A stretch of DNA of 64,000 bases from Chara braunii (Eukaryota > Plantae > Charophyceae). The notes below the pieces were generated by a model. The model saw only the letters and a list, made by a program, of their open reading frames with translations. It ran no database searches and was not told the DNA's origin. Positions 37,136 through 49,433 of the stretch are shown here, in pieces (within the stretch, counting starts at the first letter, position 1; every line of letters begins with the position of its first letter). The translations under genes were made by a program, and so were the position numbers. The stretch lies in the NCBI GenBank assembly GCA_003427395.1, contig BFEA01000002.1:3391309-3455308 (forward strand), read 5' to 3'.

Positions 37136-40100
37136 TTTTTTTTTTTTTTTTACAAGAGAAACTCTGCTCATTCATATTACCACACCAAAAAAGAGGCCGG
37201 GAAAACCTCAACAAACAACCCGGAGCAAATTACTGGGACCATTACCCAGTTTAGGTGCAGGCCTTGGGACACAATGGTGTGGAAGCAGAATGGCCAATTC
37301 CGGACCGCTGCCCTGACACATCCCAACCCTGGGAAACAACAAAAACAAGCCACCAAGGCCCTCGAAAGCTGAACACAAACCAGAAAAAAAAAGACTAGCT
37401 ATTGAAGTAAAGTAACCACTGCTGCCCAACTATTCACAAAAAAAACACACCAATCCCCATCCTATTCTTTCTAATCCTACATTAGTAGTTTACCCTAATA
37501 CATGTGATACACTAATTCGAAAAGAAAAACAATTCATAAGAAAGGAAACAACTAAAACATTGGAGGAGAAAGCTCCATCCTACCTAATTCTCAAATCACT
37601 CCCTCCGCTTTCAATCCCTCTGCCATCCTACCGCGACTGTCCCAACCGAGTGACCAGGTTAGATCCCTTCATCTAGACAGAAAACAACCAAGAATCCAGA
37701 ATCAGTTTATCATTTGCAATAATAGCCAGAGTACCACGGAGGCACTACGTCTGTCTAAACCATGCCAATCCTGTTGTCCGTTGTGATGATTTCAGCACCT
37801 TCCTTCTCCAGTCCGCCTGTATAACCAGTCTCAATTGGGATACAAATGTCGACCGAATCTGCTTGTTGGACCAGTCTTGGTCTTCGAAGACGCAGCTATT
37901 CCTGCTTGACCAAATCACATGGAAGGCCACCGCTCGTATTGCTTGTGCCACATAGCCCCACCCTTTGGCAATGTTCAAATGATCAGGGATGCCCCCTAGC
38001 AGTGACCAGTTCGTGGACCACTGAAAAGAGGATCCTGAGATGCGATCCCATTGTTTGATGACCCAGCGCCATATACGACTGGCTGCAGGGTAGTCCCACC
38101 ACAAATGTACTGTTGATTCAAAAACCCATTGACACCGTTTGCATTTTAGCTCCACTCGTACCCCATGCTCTGCAAGCCATACTGCAGATGGTGTTGCCAC
38201 CAGCGATACTAGCCATGATAGGGATGCTTGTCTTTGATCGGTGATTACCTTAAATTATTTCCAACAACATAGCAGATTATCCTCTATACATTTAGGATCT
38301 AAATCAATCAACTGAGCTCATCTATTACGAGCAACTGCCAGCGGATGTTTCACCAGAGGATTAAGAGTGTATCCCAATTGGAGGGAGTACTCTGTTATTG
38401 GAAGGTTTTGGCCCCCTTGCCCTCTTGCTCTCCACTCCCACCTTGTCGAATCTATTTTCAGGTGAGCAAGTGGTTCCGCATCTGCAAAGACCGTACAATT
38501 CATGGTATCATTCAGGTCCACCTGTTTCATTACTCTTACCTGACTCAGCGCTAAACCGAGACTAGGTTGGTCATTCGTGTCACTCAGGGTAAGAGTCCTG
38601 TCTGGTGAGCAGTCCCAGGACTGGAAGACCCGCTTACCCCCACTATCGATCGAAAGCAGTTTCCATATTCTAGTCTTATCCATCGAGCTGTTTCTATACC
38701 ATGTCCCTGGAGGGTCTGCTGTAACTGCAAATAACAGGTCCTTCCATTTCTCCAGGATAGCACAGATAATTGCATCCCTTCGATCCTGTAGATACCAAAC
38801 CGCCCCTAGTGAGGAGCGGAGGGATCTTGCCGACTTCCATGATCCAGTTAACTCATCCCAAATGTCGCTTATTCTTACAAGTCCTCTCTCAATCCAAGAG
38901 CGTCCAAAACTTGTCGCCGTTGAGTCTGTTGAGAACCAGTTCCCGTCTGAGTGTTTGATCATTGGATTTTCAAATATCGGTTGCAACAGAACCTCAGATT
39001 TGGTAGATGGTTCTACCCATGTATCGGGTCTGAGTTTCCTCCAGGCTTTGATTACTGTCCGCCAGAATAGTGACTTAATCACTCTGTTTTGGTAGGAGTG
39101 AAACATCAAGCACGTCCAGACATCAGATGGGCGAGTGAGGTTCCACTCCACAGACAGTATTCGTTCTGCAAGAATGGTCCAATGGTGAGCCTGTGGATCC
39201 GTGATAGCTTTAATTATTCATCTAGCTAGATAAGAATTGTTTTGTCTGGACGGATCTTTTATGCCCAAGCCTCCTTCTTCACGAGGGAGGCAGAGCATCT
39301 CCCATGCAACTTTGGACAGAAACCCATCAGCTTCTTCCGCGTATGGCTTCCAGATGAATTTCGTGGCTCTTCTTTTGACACATGAGTTCAAGTGATTACC
39401 GAATTGGCGAACTGTTCCCACAAACCATAACAAGGCAAATAGTGCACTGTTTACTACAGTTGCTCTTCCAAAAAGGGAAAGGTGCGGGGCTTTACCCCAT
39501 GAGACCGCCATGTGAAGGATTTTTTGCAAGAGGATATCCTCCTAACTATCTGAGCAGTCCTCCAAGGCAATTTGAACGCCAAGGAATCTCTCAGATTCTA
39601 GGCCCTTGAGCCTCTTCATGCCCCACTCCATGACTGGTTGATAGTTTTCGTGCAGAAAGAATAAGGACTTATGCCAATTGACAGAAGCCTCTGATAATTC
39701 AGAGTATTCATCAAGGCAGTCTTTAAGAGCGGACATTGAAGAGGGAGAATTTTCAATGACTGCAAATAAGTCATCCGCAAGGGCCTTAACTTTATATTCC
39801 GTTTGATCTACCGACATACCACGAATCACAAGGTTCTCCCGAATATTATTAAGCAAACCCTCCAGTTGGAGTGCAAAGAGCAGAGAGGCCAATGGGCACC
39901 CCTGTCTCAGAAAGCGAGACAATGGAAAGCTTTGTGAAACTTCACCATTCACGATCATGGATGCTGTGGACAAGGTATACAAACCCTTGACCCATGTGCA
40001 AAAATTGCCACCAAACTTCATCCACTTCAACGTGGTCAAAACGTATGACCTATTGACTCGGTCGTACGCTTTTTCCAGATCAAGCAGAAGGACCGAGAGG

Positions 40101-43100
40101 TTAAGTTGCTCGGATTGAATAATCTCCAGCGATTCTATTGCTGTGACGATACTATCAAAAATGGAACGTCCTTGAACGAAGGCGGCTTGATCCGATGCCA
40201 CCAATTCAGGGAGATACTTGCCTAAACGTCTTGCCAATACTTTCGCCAAAAGTTTATACGATACATTCAGAATGGATATGGGGCGCCAGTTTCTTATCTG
40301 AGCCCTATCTCCTTTCTTGAAAAGCAGGGAAATGATACCTTGGCACATATTTTTGGACAAGCGTCCACCTACTAGTATTTCATTATAAATTTTCACCAAT
40401 GGTTCACCTACTTCATCCCAAATGGCGATGTACAGTTCAACCGGCAAATCGTTCCCTGGGGCCTTGCCCTTTGACATCGATCGAAATGCACAGAGTGCTT
40501 CGACTGAGGAAACTGGACGATCTAAGTCTAGTTTCCCGACCGAGGACAACCTCACAGTGGTGTTGTTCCAGTGTGGGCTATTCTCTGATAACCTATCTGC
40601 GACGTTACAGCCTTGAGCTCTGGAGGTCAGAATATCTTTAAAATAAACTGTGGCATAATCACACAATTCGATAAGCTATTTCGCTCTGGGGGCATCCAAG
40701 TTAAAGGGATGTTGTAGTTCTTTCATAGAGACTCGAGCCCTAGATGGCAGGAGCTTCTGAAAGGACTCCTTCGTCATTCGATCATTTACAATTACCCCTT
40801 TTATTCGCAGTCGTTCGGTCCACAGTTCTGATTTTTGTTGTTGCATAAGATCTCATTCTGACATCAAACGAGCACGTTATTTTCCCCAGACCAGTTCTGA
40901 AACTGGATGCTCTCGCATCCTTCCTTCGGCATACTTGATTCTTTTCTGCACGTTCAGTTCATTCCGAGATCTGTTAACAGCCAGTATCCTGGAGAAAACA
41001 TTTAAAAGATTTGAGAAAACCCCGGTACCTGCATCCCACCACTAATCCAAGGTGTTATATGAGGATCGGGTATCTTTCCAGTTTCTCCAAAAGCTTTTCA
41101 TCCATTCCACCAGCCCTACGTCATTAAGGTTCTCAGTATTGAATCTGAATAAGCCCTTACCTCTGTCCGTTCTGGACAGCAAAAACGATATCAAAACTGG
41201 TTTATGATCTGATAACGGTTGGGAAATTTGTTTGGACTCATCGACCATATCCCACAGCTTGGCTGAAACAAGGTGGAAGTCTAATCTTCGTTCAATTATG
41301 CCAGACGAATCCCTGCAATTTGAGCACCAAGTGAAGCCTTCCCTAGATGGATGGGATAATTTGAATGGATCAATAAGATCAAATTCTTCCATAAGTGTGA
41401 GCAAGGCCAACTTATCTCTAGGGCATTCTCCCAATTGAGAGTTCGTTAAGTCCAATGATGTGTTCCAACCGGGTAGCTGTTCGGATCAATGTAAGAATCG
41501 AGGAAGGCATTGGAGATTCGGGAGAATTCAGGGTTTCAATCATAAGACGACCATCTACACCTAGCCATGCTACTATCCAAAGCGCATTCCTGACAAAGCG
41601 GCACAGGAGGGGTAGGATACGACGTTCAATGTTTTGGATCTGACCTTTCGCTAATGATACTGGTCCTCTTCGTCTCGTTGTTTTAGAACCAGGGGTACCT
41701 ACTTCCCTAATATGACCTTGTGAGTCTTCCGATTCGTGGAGGGATAGATCGGATTTCTCACCTGGGAGGATAGCATGTCCTCCAACGATTGAGTCAAAGC
41801 TCAGTCGTCTCTATTTGCTTGCGGTCTTCTTCGTGGATGAGGCGTCCTTGGGCGGGGAAAACCCCGGCTGATGAGCCCCATTGTTGATCGGAACTTGTGT
41901 CTGATGTATCGCTGATGCTACTGGTTCTCCCCCCGCCTTCGGGCCAACACCCATTGGCTGTTGGTATGGAGCCGCTGGTCTCCAAGGTACCTCTGATACT
42001 GTTCCTCCCATCCCATGTGAGATGGGGTAGAGAATATTTTGTCCGCCTACCTGCTGTGGTACTTGCGCATTCCATTGTCCAAGGGGGGGTGCCCCCAAGG
42101 CATGAAACCGTTGAATCCTGGCTGTAGTTGAACCTGAAGAGCGCTGACTTGTTGCTGTTGAACACCGGCAAGATTGCTTGGACGTGGAGAAAATGTGGGA
42201 TTCATGGAGCTGGATTACGGTTGAAACCCCTGCGGGAGTGGCTGAGGCTCCTGTCTTGGTCCACCTGATGGAGAGGAAATTCCCGGGGAAGTCATATGTC
42301 CCTGATATGGAGGTCTTGACGATGCTTGTTGGCCGGCTGTTGGATCCTGTTGCTGCTGCCCCGACCGCTGGTTTCTTCGACATGTGTCCTCCGTATGGAA
42401 AAAAACTCCGCATCTTCTACATCTTGGAGTGTCCGACGATGCCAATTTCACCTCCAGTTGATCGCCTTCGAATGTCTCCAACCTTATCACATCCTTCATG
42501 TTAGCCCGTGCCGCTGGGTCAACGCCAAATTTGATGTTGACCAATGACGGTTTAAGTCTGTCCGGTTCCATGGGATGACGCCGAACAATCGGGCCAATCG
42601 CCTTTTGGATATGAGCATCCAGAAAAAGCATCGCATCCAGTGGAACTTGCACTGCAATCACCCAAAAGGTGAGTTGATCTTCTTCTCTTCTCTGCTCCTT
42701 CAGTTGTGCCTTGGTCATCCAAGGTTTCAATTCCAGCTTGTATGTCGTTGATCCCAATATCAATTCATCTCGCTCCTTCATCACCAGCCACGTTGCGATG
42801 ATATTACTTTTTGCAACGTAGGAGACAACATTCGGACTCTCCATCTTAACCCTTCCTCTTCTGAATCCCTCTCTTTCAAAGCTGCCTTCCTGANTCTTGC
42901 TGTCTTCGTATGCTCTGACGATGTCGTCTTTCACTTTCTTCAGTAAAAAACGCGCGCCCTCCCCGAAAATAATCGTGACCGTGTGTTCTTTGAGCCAAGC
43001 CACTTTTGCTTGGTCAATGACCACGTTCACTTTAAACCTTGCCTCCCTACCCTGGATCGTCATTTCCCCTGGGTCAATATCCGGGGGAATGACCCCTTCT

Positions 43101-43567
43101 TCGTAACATAGTCTTATCAACTCCTTGACATGCTGTTCTTCATCTCGATTGCCACCCGGATCTGGGGGTGGTGATCTCGCTTCTCGTTGCATAACTACCT
43201 CCTCTTCCATTCGTTCTCCCTTCGGCTGGGATCTGACCTACTGCTTAACACCGTACGTTCTCGACTCTGCACCTTCTAGACACGAAAGTGCAAACAAGCC
43301 TTATCGATTGTGAACGGGACCTCACGGGTACTCACCGTGGCTATCTACGACTCCCTCCCAACAGTGCAGAGTCGGCGCCTCGATCAAGGCAAGGCAACAT
43401 CCATAGCCCCCATCCACCGAGCTGCTATCATGGCGGTAGCATCCTCGGTTGAGTATAGCTCCGTTACCGGTTCGCTAACGCTTGGTCCGAACGCCGTAGC
43501 GACGGCAGAAGCGCTCCCGCGGCCCGCCCGGTCCGCGGCGGGCGTATTTTCCATTCACCTAGTTCCA
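37136..43567 (-). mobile_element. L1-clade LINE with ORF1 and degenerate ORF2, poly(A) tail and 14-bp TSD
   Basis: TSD tcagatgctggttt at 37122-37135 and 43568-43581. Poly(T) on + at 37136-37151. APE remnant at 41042-41455 (SDHKPV). RT at 39542-40666 (DLEKAYD, RQGCPL, ADD). C-terminal Zn motif CKRC...H. Confidence 0.93.
42215..43210 (-). CDS. LINE ORF1 protein with zinc knuckle
   Basis: 331 aa with KPW...FWV and CRRCGVFFHTEDTC knuckle, typical of plant L1 ORF1. The Gln/Pro-rich tail continues in another frame. Confidence 0.8.
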   Translation of the reverse strand: MEEEVVMQREARSPPPDPGGNRDEEQHVKELIRLCYEEGVIPPDIDPGEMTIQGREARFKVNVVIDQAKVAWLKEHTVTIIFGEGARFLLKKVKDDIVRAYEDSKXQEGSFEREGFRRGRVKMESPNVVSYVAKSNIIATWLVMKERDELILGSTTYKLELKPWMTKAQLKEQRREEDQLTFWVIAVQVPLDAMLFLDAHIQKAIGPIVRRHPMEPDRLKPSLVNIKFGVDPAARANMKDVIRLETFEGDQLEVKLASSDTPRCRRCGVFFHTEDTCRRNQRSGQQQQDPTAGQQASSRPPYQGHMTSPGISSPSGGPRQEPQPLPQGFQP

Positions 43568-46068
43568 TCAGATGCTGGTTTCCAGTTTCCCCCTTCTCGT
43601 TTTCTTTTTTTTTTTTTTGGTAAAGATCCTTGGCTGTTTCTGCACTTGCTCCCCGTGACGGGGAGCATTCGATGCCTCAGGGGTCTAGTCCCACCTACAC
43701 CGTTGAGTTTTCTCAACGCTGAGCTTTCTATCACGTGCGGCATGGTGGGACGGAGCTCTGCCGTTGATGTATTGCGAATCTAACGGTACCAAAATACAGG
43801 TGAATAACCTATTAGATTTAGTCATTTTGTAGAATTTTTTTTTGACGTGAAATCCGTTTTGTAGTATGCGTTGGCCCTTTTGGTTCGGGGGGGAAGCCAT
43901 TTTCCGTTGAGAAAACTACCCTACCGAGGGTAGGGTACATTTCTCAACTTCAGTGCCTTTCCTTTTTTTTGTTTTTTTAGACCTCGTTGCATCCTGAAAC
44001 GGAGGAACTCTGACAGCTGTGTTTGGCTGTCTGGCATCATACTGGTTTCCTTCTTTGGGCAAGGAATGCATTTGGCCATCCGCGTCGTCCCTGTCCATTT
44101 TACAAATGGTGACCTCCTGTCCCCTCACCACGGGGAGTATCCCTTTTTCACGGAGACATTGACGGAGACTGTTCCAGACATGTTTCATTTCTCCGAGTTA
44201 CGTTTTAAAAAATAAGGAGAAAAGCTGTTTCTAGCGATTTTTTCAGTTTTTGTATTTCTTGTTTCGAATTTATTAATGTCGAAATGGCTTCACACCGTTG
44301 AGTTTTCTGAACTCAACAACCGTAGGTGGGACCAGACCCCAGGTCCCAGAGGCAGTGTGACGTCGACGCATGTATCTGGCTTCACTGCTGAATCTCAGGC
44401 CAATCACGTTCAGATGCCTGTTTCCCGTTTCCCCCTTTTCGTTTTTTTTTTTTTTTTGATAATAAGATAGTTGGCTGTTTCTGCACTTGCTCCCCGTGAG
44501 AGACGGGGAGCATTCATTGCCTCAGGTCCCAGAGGCCGTGTAACGTTGCAACTTCGACGCATGTATCTGGCTTCACTGCTGCACCGCATTCACTTTTCTC
44601 TCTTTTTTTTTTTGGCTTTTTTTTTTTGGAAGAAGATCCTTCACGGGAGCATTGAATGCGTGAGTGGAAACAAGAAAACGATGGCCTGTTTACGTTCCAT
44701 CTGCTGGCAGCAGGTCTAAAGGAAGGGGGGGTACCCGCTTGCAGCAGCAGATGTCCCGTATTTTTTCCCACTCCCCGCAGGCCCGGCAAAAATTGGCGCG
44801 CAGGGCATATTCAGGCTCGACTTCAAGAGCTGGGCCAAGTACTGGTGGTTTAATCCGTGCAAGTGGGACCTTGCCCCTGGTCAAGGGTTTCCTCAAGTGT
44901 ACATGGAACCATAAAATTTAATGGAGTAAAAGTGTAAATTAATCACAATTTCTCGTTCTAAAATTAAAATTAAAAAAAAAANNNNNNNNNNNNNNNNNNN
45001 NNNNNNNNNNNNNNNNNNNNNNNNNNNNNNNNNNNNNNNNNNNNNNNNNNNNNNNNNNNNNNNNNNNNNNNNNNNNNNNNNNNNNNNNNNNNNNNNNNNN
45101 NNNNNNNNNNNNNNNNNNNNNNNNNNNNNNNNNNNNNNNNNNNNNNNNNNNNNNNNNNNNNNNNNNNNNNNNNNNNNNNNNNNNNNNNNNNNNNNNNNNN
45201 NNNNNNNNNNNNNNNNNNNNNNNNNNNNNNNNNNNNNNNNNNNNNNNNNNNNNNNNNNNNNNNNNNNNNNNNNNNNNNNNNNNNNNNNNNNNNNNNNNNN
45301 NNNNNNNNNNNNNNNNNNNNNNNNNNNNNNNNNNNNNNNNNNNNNNNNNNNNNNNNNNNNNNNNNNNNNNNNNNNNNNNNNNNNNNNNNNNNNNNNNNNN
45401 NNNNNNNNNNNNNNNNNNNNNNNNNNNNNNNNNNNNNNNNNNNNNNNNNNNNNNNNNNNNNNNNNNNNNNNNNNNNNNNNNNNNNNNNNNNNNNNNNNNN
45501 NNNNNNNNNNNNNNNNNNNNNNNNNNNNNNNNNNNNNNNNNNNNNNNNNNNNNNNNNNNNNNNNNNNNNNNNNNNNNNNNNNNNNNNNNNNNNNNNNNNN
45601 NNNNNNNNNNNNNNNNNNNNNNNNNNNNNNNNNNNNNNNNNNNNNNNNNNNNNNNNNNNNNNNNNNNNNNNNNNNNNNNNNNNNNNNNNNNNNNNNNNNN
45701 NNNNNNNNNNNNNNNNNNNNNNNNNNNNNNNNNNNNNNNNNNNNNNNNNNNNNNNNNNNNNNNNNNNNNNNNNNNNNNNNNNNNNNNNNNNNNNNNNNNN
45801 NNNNNNNNNNNNNNNNNNNNNNNNNNNNNNNNNNNNNNNNNNNNNNNNNNNNNNNNNNNNNNNNNNNNNNNNNNNNNNNNNGAGAGAGAGAGAGCACGGT
45901 GTGTTAAAAGGGTAGGAGAGCAGCGTTTCCTCAACATCGTCATCACGTTCGCCATCGCTATCGTGACGAAACAGGGGAGGAAAGAGAGGGAAAGAGGGGA
46001 GAGGGGAGAGGGGAGAGGATCAGGGCCGGCGACGGGATTCCTGTCCCTGTCCTGAGTCAGCTGCGAAG

Positions 46069-46418
46069 ATGGGCCACACGATGAGGCAAGTCCGGCTCTC
46101 GGCTCAGCATGTTAGCTTACGCTGCTTACGCAGCGACACGTCAGTCTCGAAATGCCTTTGGCTATGGCTGTCGATGTCGCTTCTCATGGCCTTCTTTCTC
46201 TCAAAGGATACAGTAGTAACTGCAAATGCAGCGCCAACCAGCAGTGGTAATCGAGAACCTCTCGACAACCTCATTACTCAATGGGAGTCGGCTGCGGAGG
46301 CCGAGTTCGCCTACTTGCACCTGTCCCAGCTGGAGGTGCTCAGACGTATCAAGCTCGGACGTCTCAATGTCAATCCGACGGCCGCAGTCGCTTATGCCAG
46401 CCATTTCGTCATACGCAC
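46069..46418 (+). CDS. Vanadium-dependent haloperoxidase / PAP2-superfamily gene, exon 1 (hydrophobic signal-like segment)
   Basis: ATG at 46069; hydrophobic LWLWLSMSLLMAFFL; donor AC|GTGAGT in phase 2, which matches the next acceptor. Confidence 0.7.
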
Positions 46419-46578
46419 GTGAGTTCGCTCCTATCGCTCCCTTTTTCTACCCTTTCCTCTTCCATGGCCTTCTCCCCTCCCCCCCCCTTCTTCTCTCGGC
46501 CTCCAACACCCACGTATATGTCTATGTCATATATGTACGCGCGCGCGCACACACACACACACACACAAACACACACAG

Positions 46579-46648
<70 letters not shown>

Positions 46649-46652
46649 TCTT

Positions 46653-46728
<76 letters not shown>

Positions 46729-47070
46729 CCATGGAAAAAAATAGAGTAGAAACCTTTCTAATCGGATGAATGTGGGCACTCCTGTAGTGGCCCAAATGTT
46801 TCCTACAATCGTGTCTCGTTAATGGGCACTACTTTAGGAAGTACTGGTGGTTTGACACGGAGGCCGCACTTGGCCTCCGGCGGCGGCCAGATGTGCTGCC
46901 TAAACTCGGAGTGCAGGGCCCGCGGCTGATAGCCGGGAAAGGTACTGACTGATCAGAACAGATGGAAAAAAATCCTTTACAAACATCACTCTCTTACCAT
47001 CTATCTGGTGCAAGCTGGGATTTTGAGATTCATTTTTTTTGTTTGTTTGTAATATAGAAAAGCACAATTC

Positions 47071-47122
<52 letters not shown>

Positions 47123-47256
47123 ACAATTCATCACCCACAAACAACCTGGAAATGTGGAATTGTCCATATGCTTTCGTTTGCATCATGATTAACCAAAAAC
47201 TTGAAAAAAGTCCTGTTTTGTCTGATGAGAAAACTTGAAAATCTCTTCTTCTGCAG

Positions 47257-47391
47257 GTTTCACTGGGAGAAACAGGCCAGTCTGGATATGATGCTACAAA
47301 CACAACTGCGCCCGCTCAATCTGACAAAACAGCAAAAGATTACAGCACGGCGTTTTGCTATTCGTGTGGCACTGCCTATTGTGAGAAACAG
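47257..47391 (+). CDS. Haloperoxidase/PAP2-like gene, exon 2
   Basis: Acceptor ttcttctgcag|G and donor AG|GTATCA. Phases 2/2 join exons 1 and 3 in frame (T-FHWEKQ...VRN-R). Confidence 0.7.
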
Positions 47392-47478
47392 GTATCACGT
47401 GAAATATTCACTCCTTCCCTCTGACAGTGTCTCTTTCTCCCTCCTCCTGGGTTTTCTCTTTTACTCTCCCCATCCACC

Positions 47479-47509
<31 letters not shown>

Positions 47510-47578
47510 TTTCCCACTTTGACAGTGTCTCTTTCTCTCTCCTCCTGGGTTTTCTCTTTTACTCTCCCCATCCACCTG

Positions 47579-47616
<38 letters not shown>

Positions 47617-47654
47617 GTCTCCTTGTGATGGAAATAAAAAGAAACTGCCATTTC

Positions 47655-47975
47655 GCCCAAATAGACATTTTTTACTTTTTGAACGAAATTGAAACCAAGT
47701 TTTTTGGCCGAAAAATCGTCCAAATTTGCTGCTCCTGAGGGTCCGGCGTTCTTAAAATGCTGGACCTCCTGGATGTATGTGGACTTAGCTTGAGACCAGA
47801 TACATCCAGGTGGGCCCACCTGGATGTATCTGGTCTCAAGCTAAGTCCACATACATCCAGGAGGTCCAGCATTTTAAGAACGCCGGACCCTCAGAAGCAG
47901 CAAATTTGGACGATTTTTGGGCCAAAAAACTCGGCTTCAATTTCATTCCAAAAAAAAAAAAAAAAAAGTCCATTT
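47655..47975. repeat. Near-perfect spacerless palindrome / foldback element (~160-bp arms)
   Basis: Centre ccaggtggg|cccacctgg at 47814/47815. The arms are reverse complements, and the same peptide start appears on both strands in the ORF track. Confidence 0.9.
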
Positions 47976-48011
47976 TGACAAAGTAGCACTTCAGAGTCCA
48001 GTCATGCTTAA

Positions 48012-48203
48012 ACCACCAGTACTTGGCCCAGCCATAGGCCGCGGCGCTTCCTCGTTAACGCTTCGCGCCTTTAGGGCTTCGGGGTACCGGACCACGATGG
48101 CTGGAAGCACCAGCCAAAAAAAATTGAAACGGCGCTTCGACAAAAATTGGCGCGCAGGGGCATTCCAGGCTCAGCATCGATAGCTGGGCCAAGTACTGGT
48201 GGT
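48012..48203. mobile_element. MITE, 21-bp perfect TIR, flanked by TTAA
   Basis: ttaa|accaccagtacttggcccagc...gctgggccaagtactggtggt|ttaa. Related ends at ~5652-5800 and ~46780-46853. Confidence 0.85.
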
Positions 48204-48347
48204 TTAAGCCATGATCACCTTTGTGTACTAGTGTTGTGCGTGTTTGGGGCGAAGAGGAAAGGGGGGTGCCAGGGGGAAAGTGTAATGATGCATGTGAGGG
48301 TCTGCCTGTGTCTGGATGGGTGTGTTTAGGTCCGTGCATCTGCATTG

Positions 48348-48383
<36 letters not shown>

Positions 48384-49082
48384 AAGAACCAGTTTTTTGG
48401 GAGGGTGGTAATCCTGACTGGTATACACTGAGGTGGGATGGTGGTGGTGTGCCAGGGAGAAATAGTGGAAGTGGTAGGTTGGGTGGGAGTCTAGTGAGGA
48501 ATAGGGACCTGTATAGACCATCTGGATAACCATATGGCCTATTACCAAAGGTACTGTCATATGGCAAGCAAAAAAAAAAAAAAAAAAAAAGACACATGGA
48601 CCTGGAGGCGCTGCACTGCTACGGAGCTTTTCAGAACCGCCAGCGGTGTACTTTTTTTCTCGTTTGGCTGGTTCCACCAGCTATCGTGGTCCTGTTGGCC
48701 CCAGCCGTGAAATTTTCCGAGTAGGAAATTCTTGTGTGTCATCATTTGGAGCTCTTGGGACCCTGCCAGCATTGATTGCCCTGAGTCTAAGGGGATTGAC
48801 TGTGCAGGGCTTGTATCTTTAGGTGAACCGTAGACGTTGGTAGCCTGGGAGAAAAAAAAAACAAGTTGCCATCTTGGGCCCGGGGGGCACCTGGCCTCAT
48901 GGCTGTCTCCCCGCCTTCCGACCGTCAGCTGTTGCTGATTCTCAACGATTGACTGTACTGTTTAAACTCATGTTCAGGAAAAAAGCTCAGCCGATTCTCA
49001 ACGATCGACTGTATTCTTAGGCTCGTGCTGAAAAAATGCTCAGGGGCGGATGAGCGAATGACTCCGGTGGATGCCCGTGGAA

Positions 49083-49142
<60 letters not shown>

Positions 49143-49306
49143 CTTTTTCCCGGTGGCTGTCGCCAGTTGACCACCGATCCCGCTGCCGCCCGTTCCCGCC
49201 CTCTTTCTCTCTCTCTGTCTCTCTCTTTCTCTCTCTCCGCCTCCCCCCCTTCCCTCCCTCCCTCTCTCTCATGTGTGTGTGTGTGTGTGTGTTTTCATAT
49301 TAGCTA

Positions 49307-49433
49307 TAAAAGCACGACTGAGCCAGACTGTTTGTCAGACTTTCACCGAATACAACACACACACCCACACACACTCAACCTCCGAATGAGTCGGTAAGAG
49401 TCCGACGAAACAGTCTGGTACAGTTATGCTTTT
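49307..49433. repeat. Small inverted-repeat element (~43-bp imperfect arms)
   Basis: aaaagcacgactgagccagactgtttgtc...ccga pairs with tcgg...gacgaaacagtctggtacagttatgctttt. Confidence 0.65.

Larger units (their letters stand above)
23292..44849. mobile_element. Non-autonomous TIR DNA element (~1.6 kb of its own sequence) hosting nested Gypsy and LINE insertions
   Basis: TIR accaccagtacttggccca at 23292 and its reverse complement ending at 44849, both flanked by TTAA. The subterminal sequence matches the intact short copy at 48012-48203. Confidence 0.75.
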
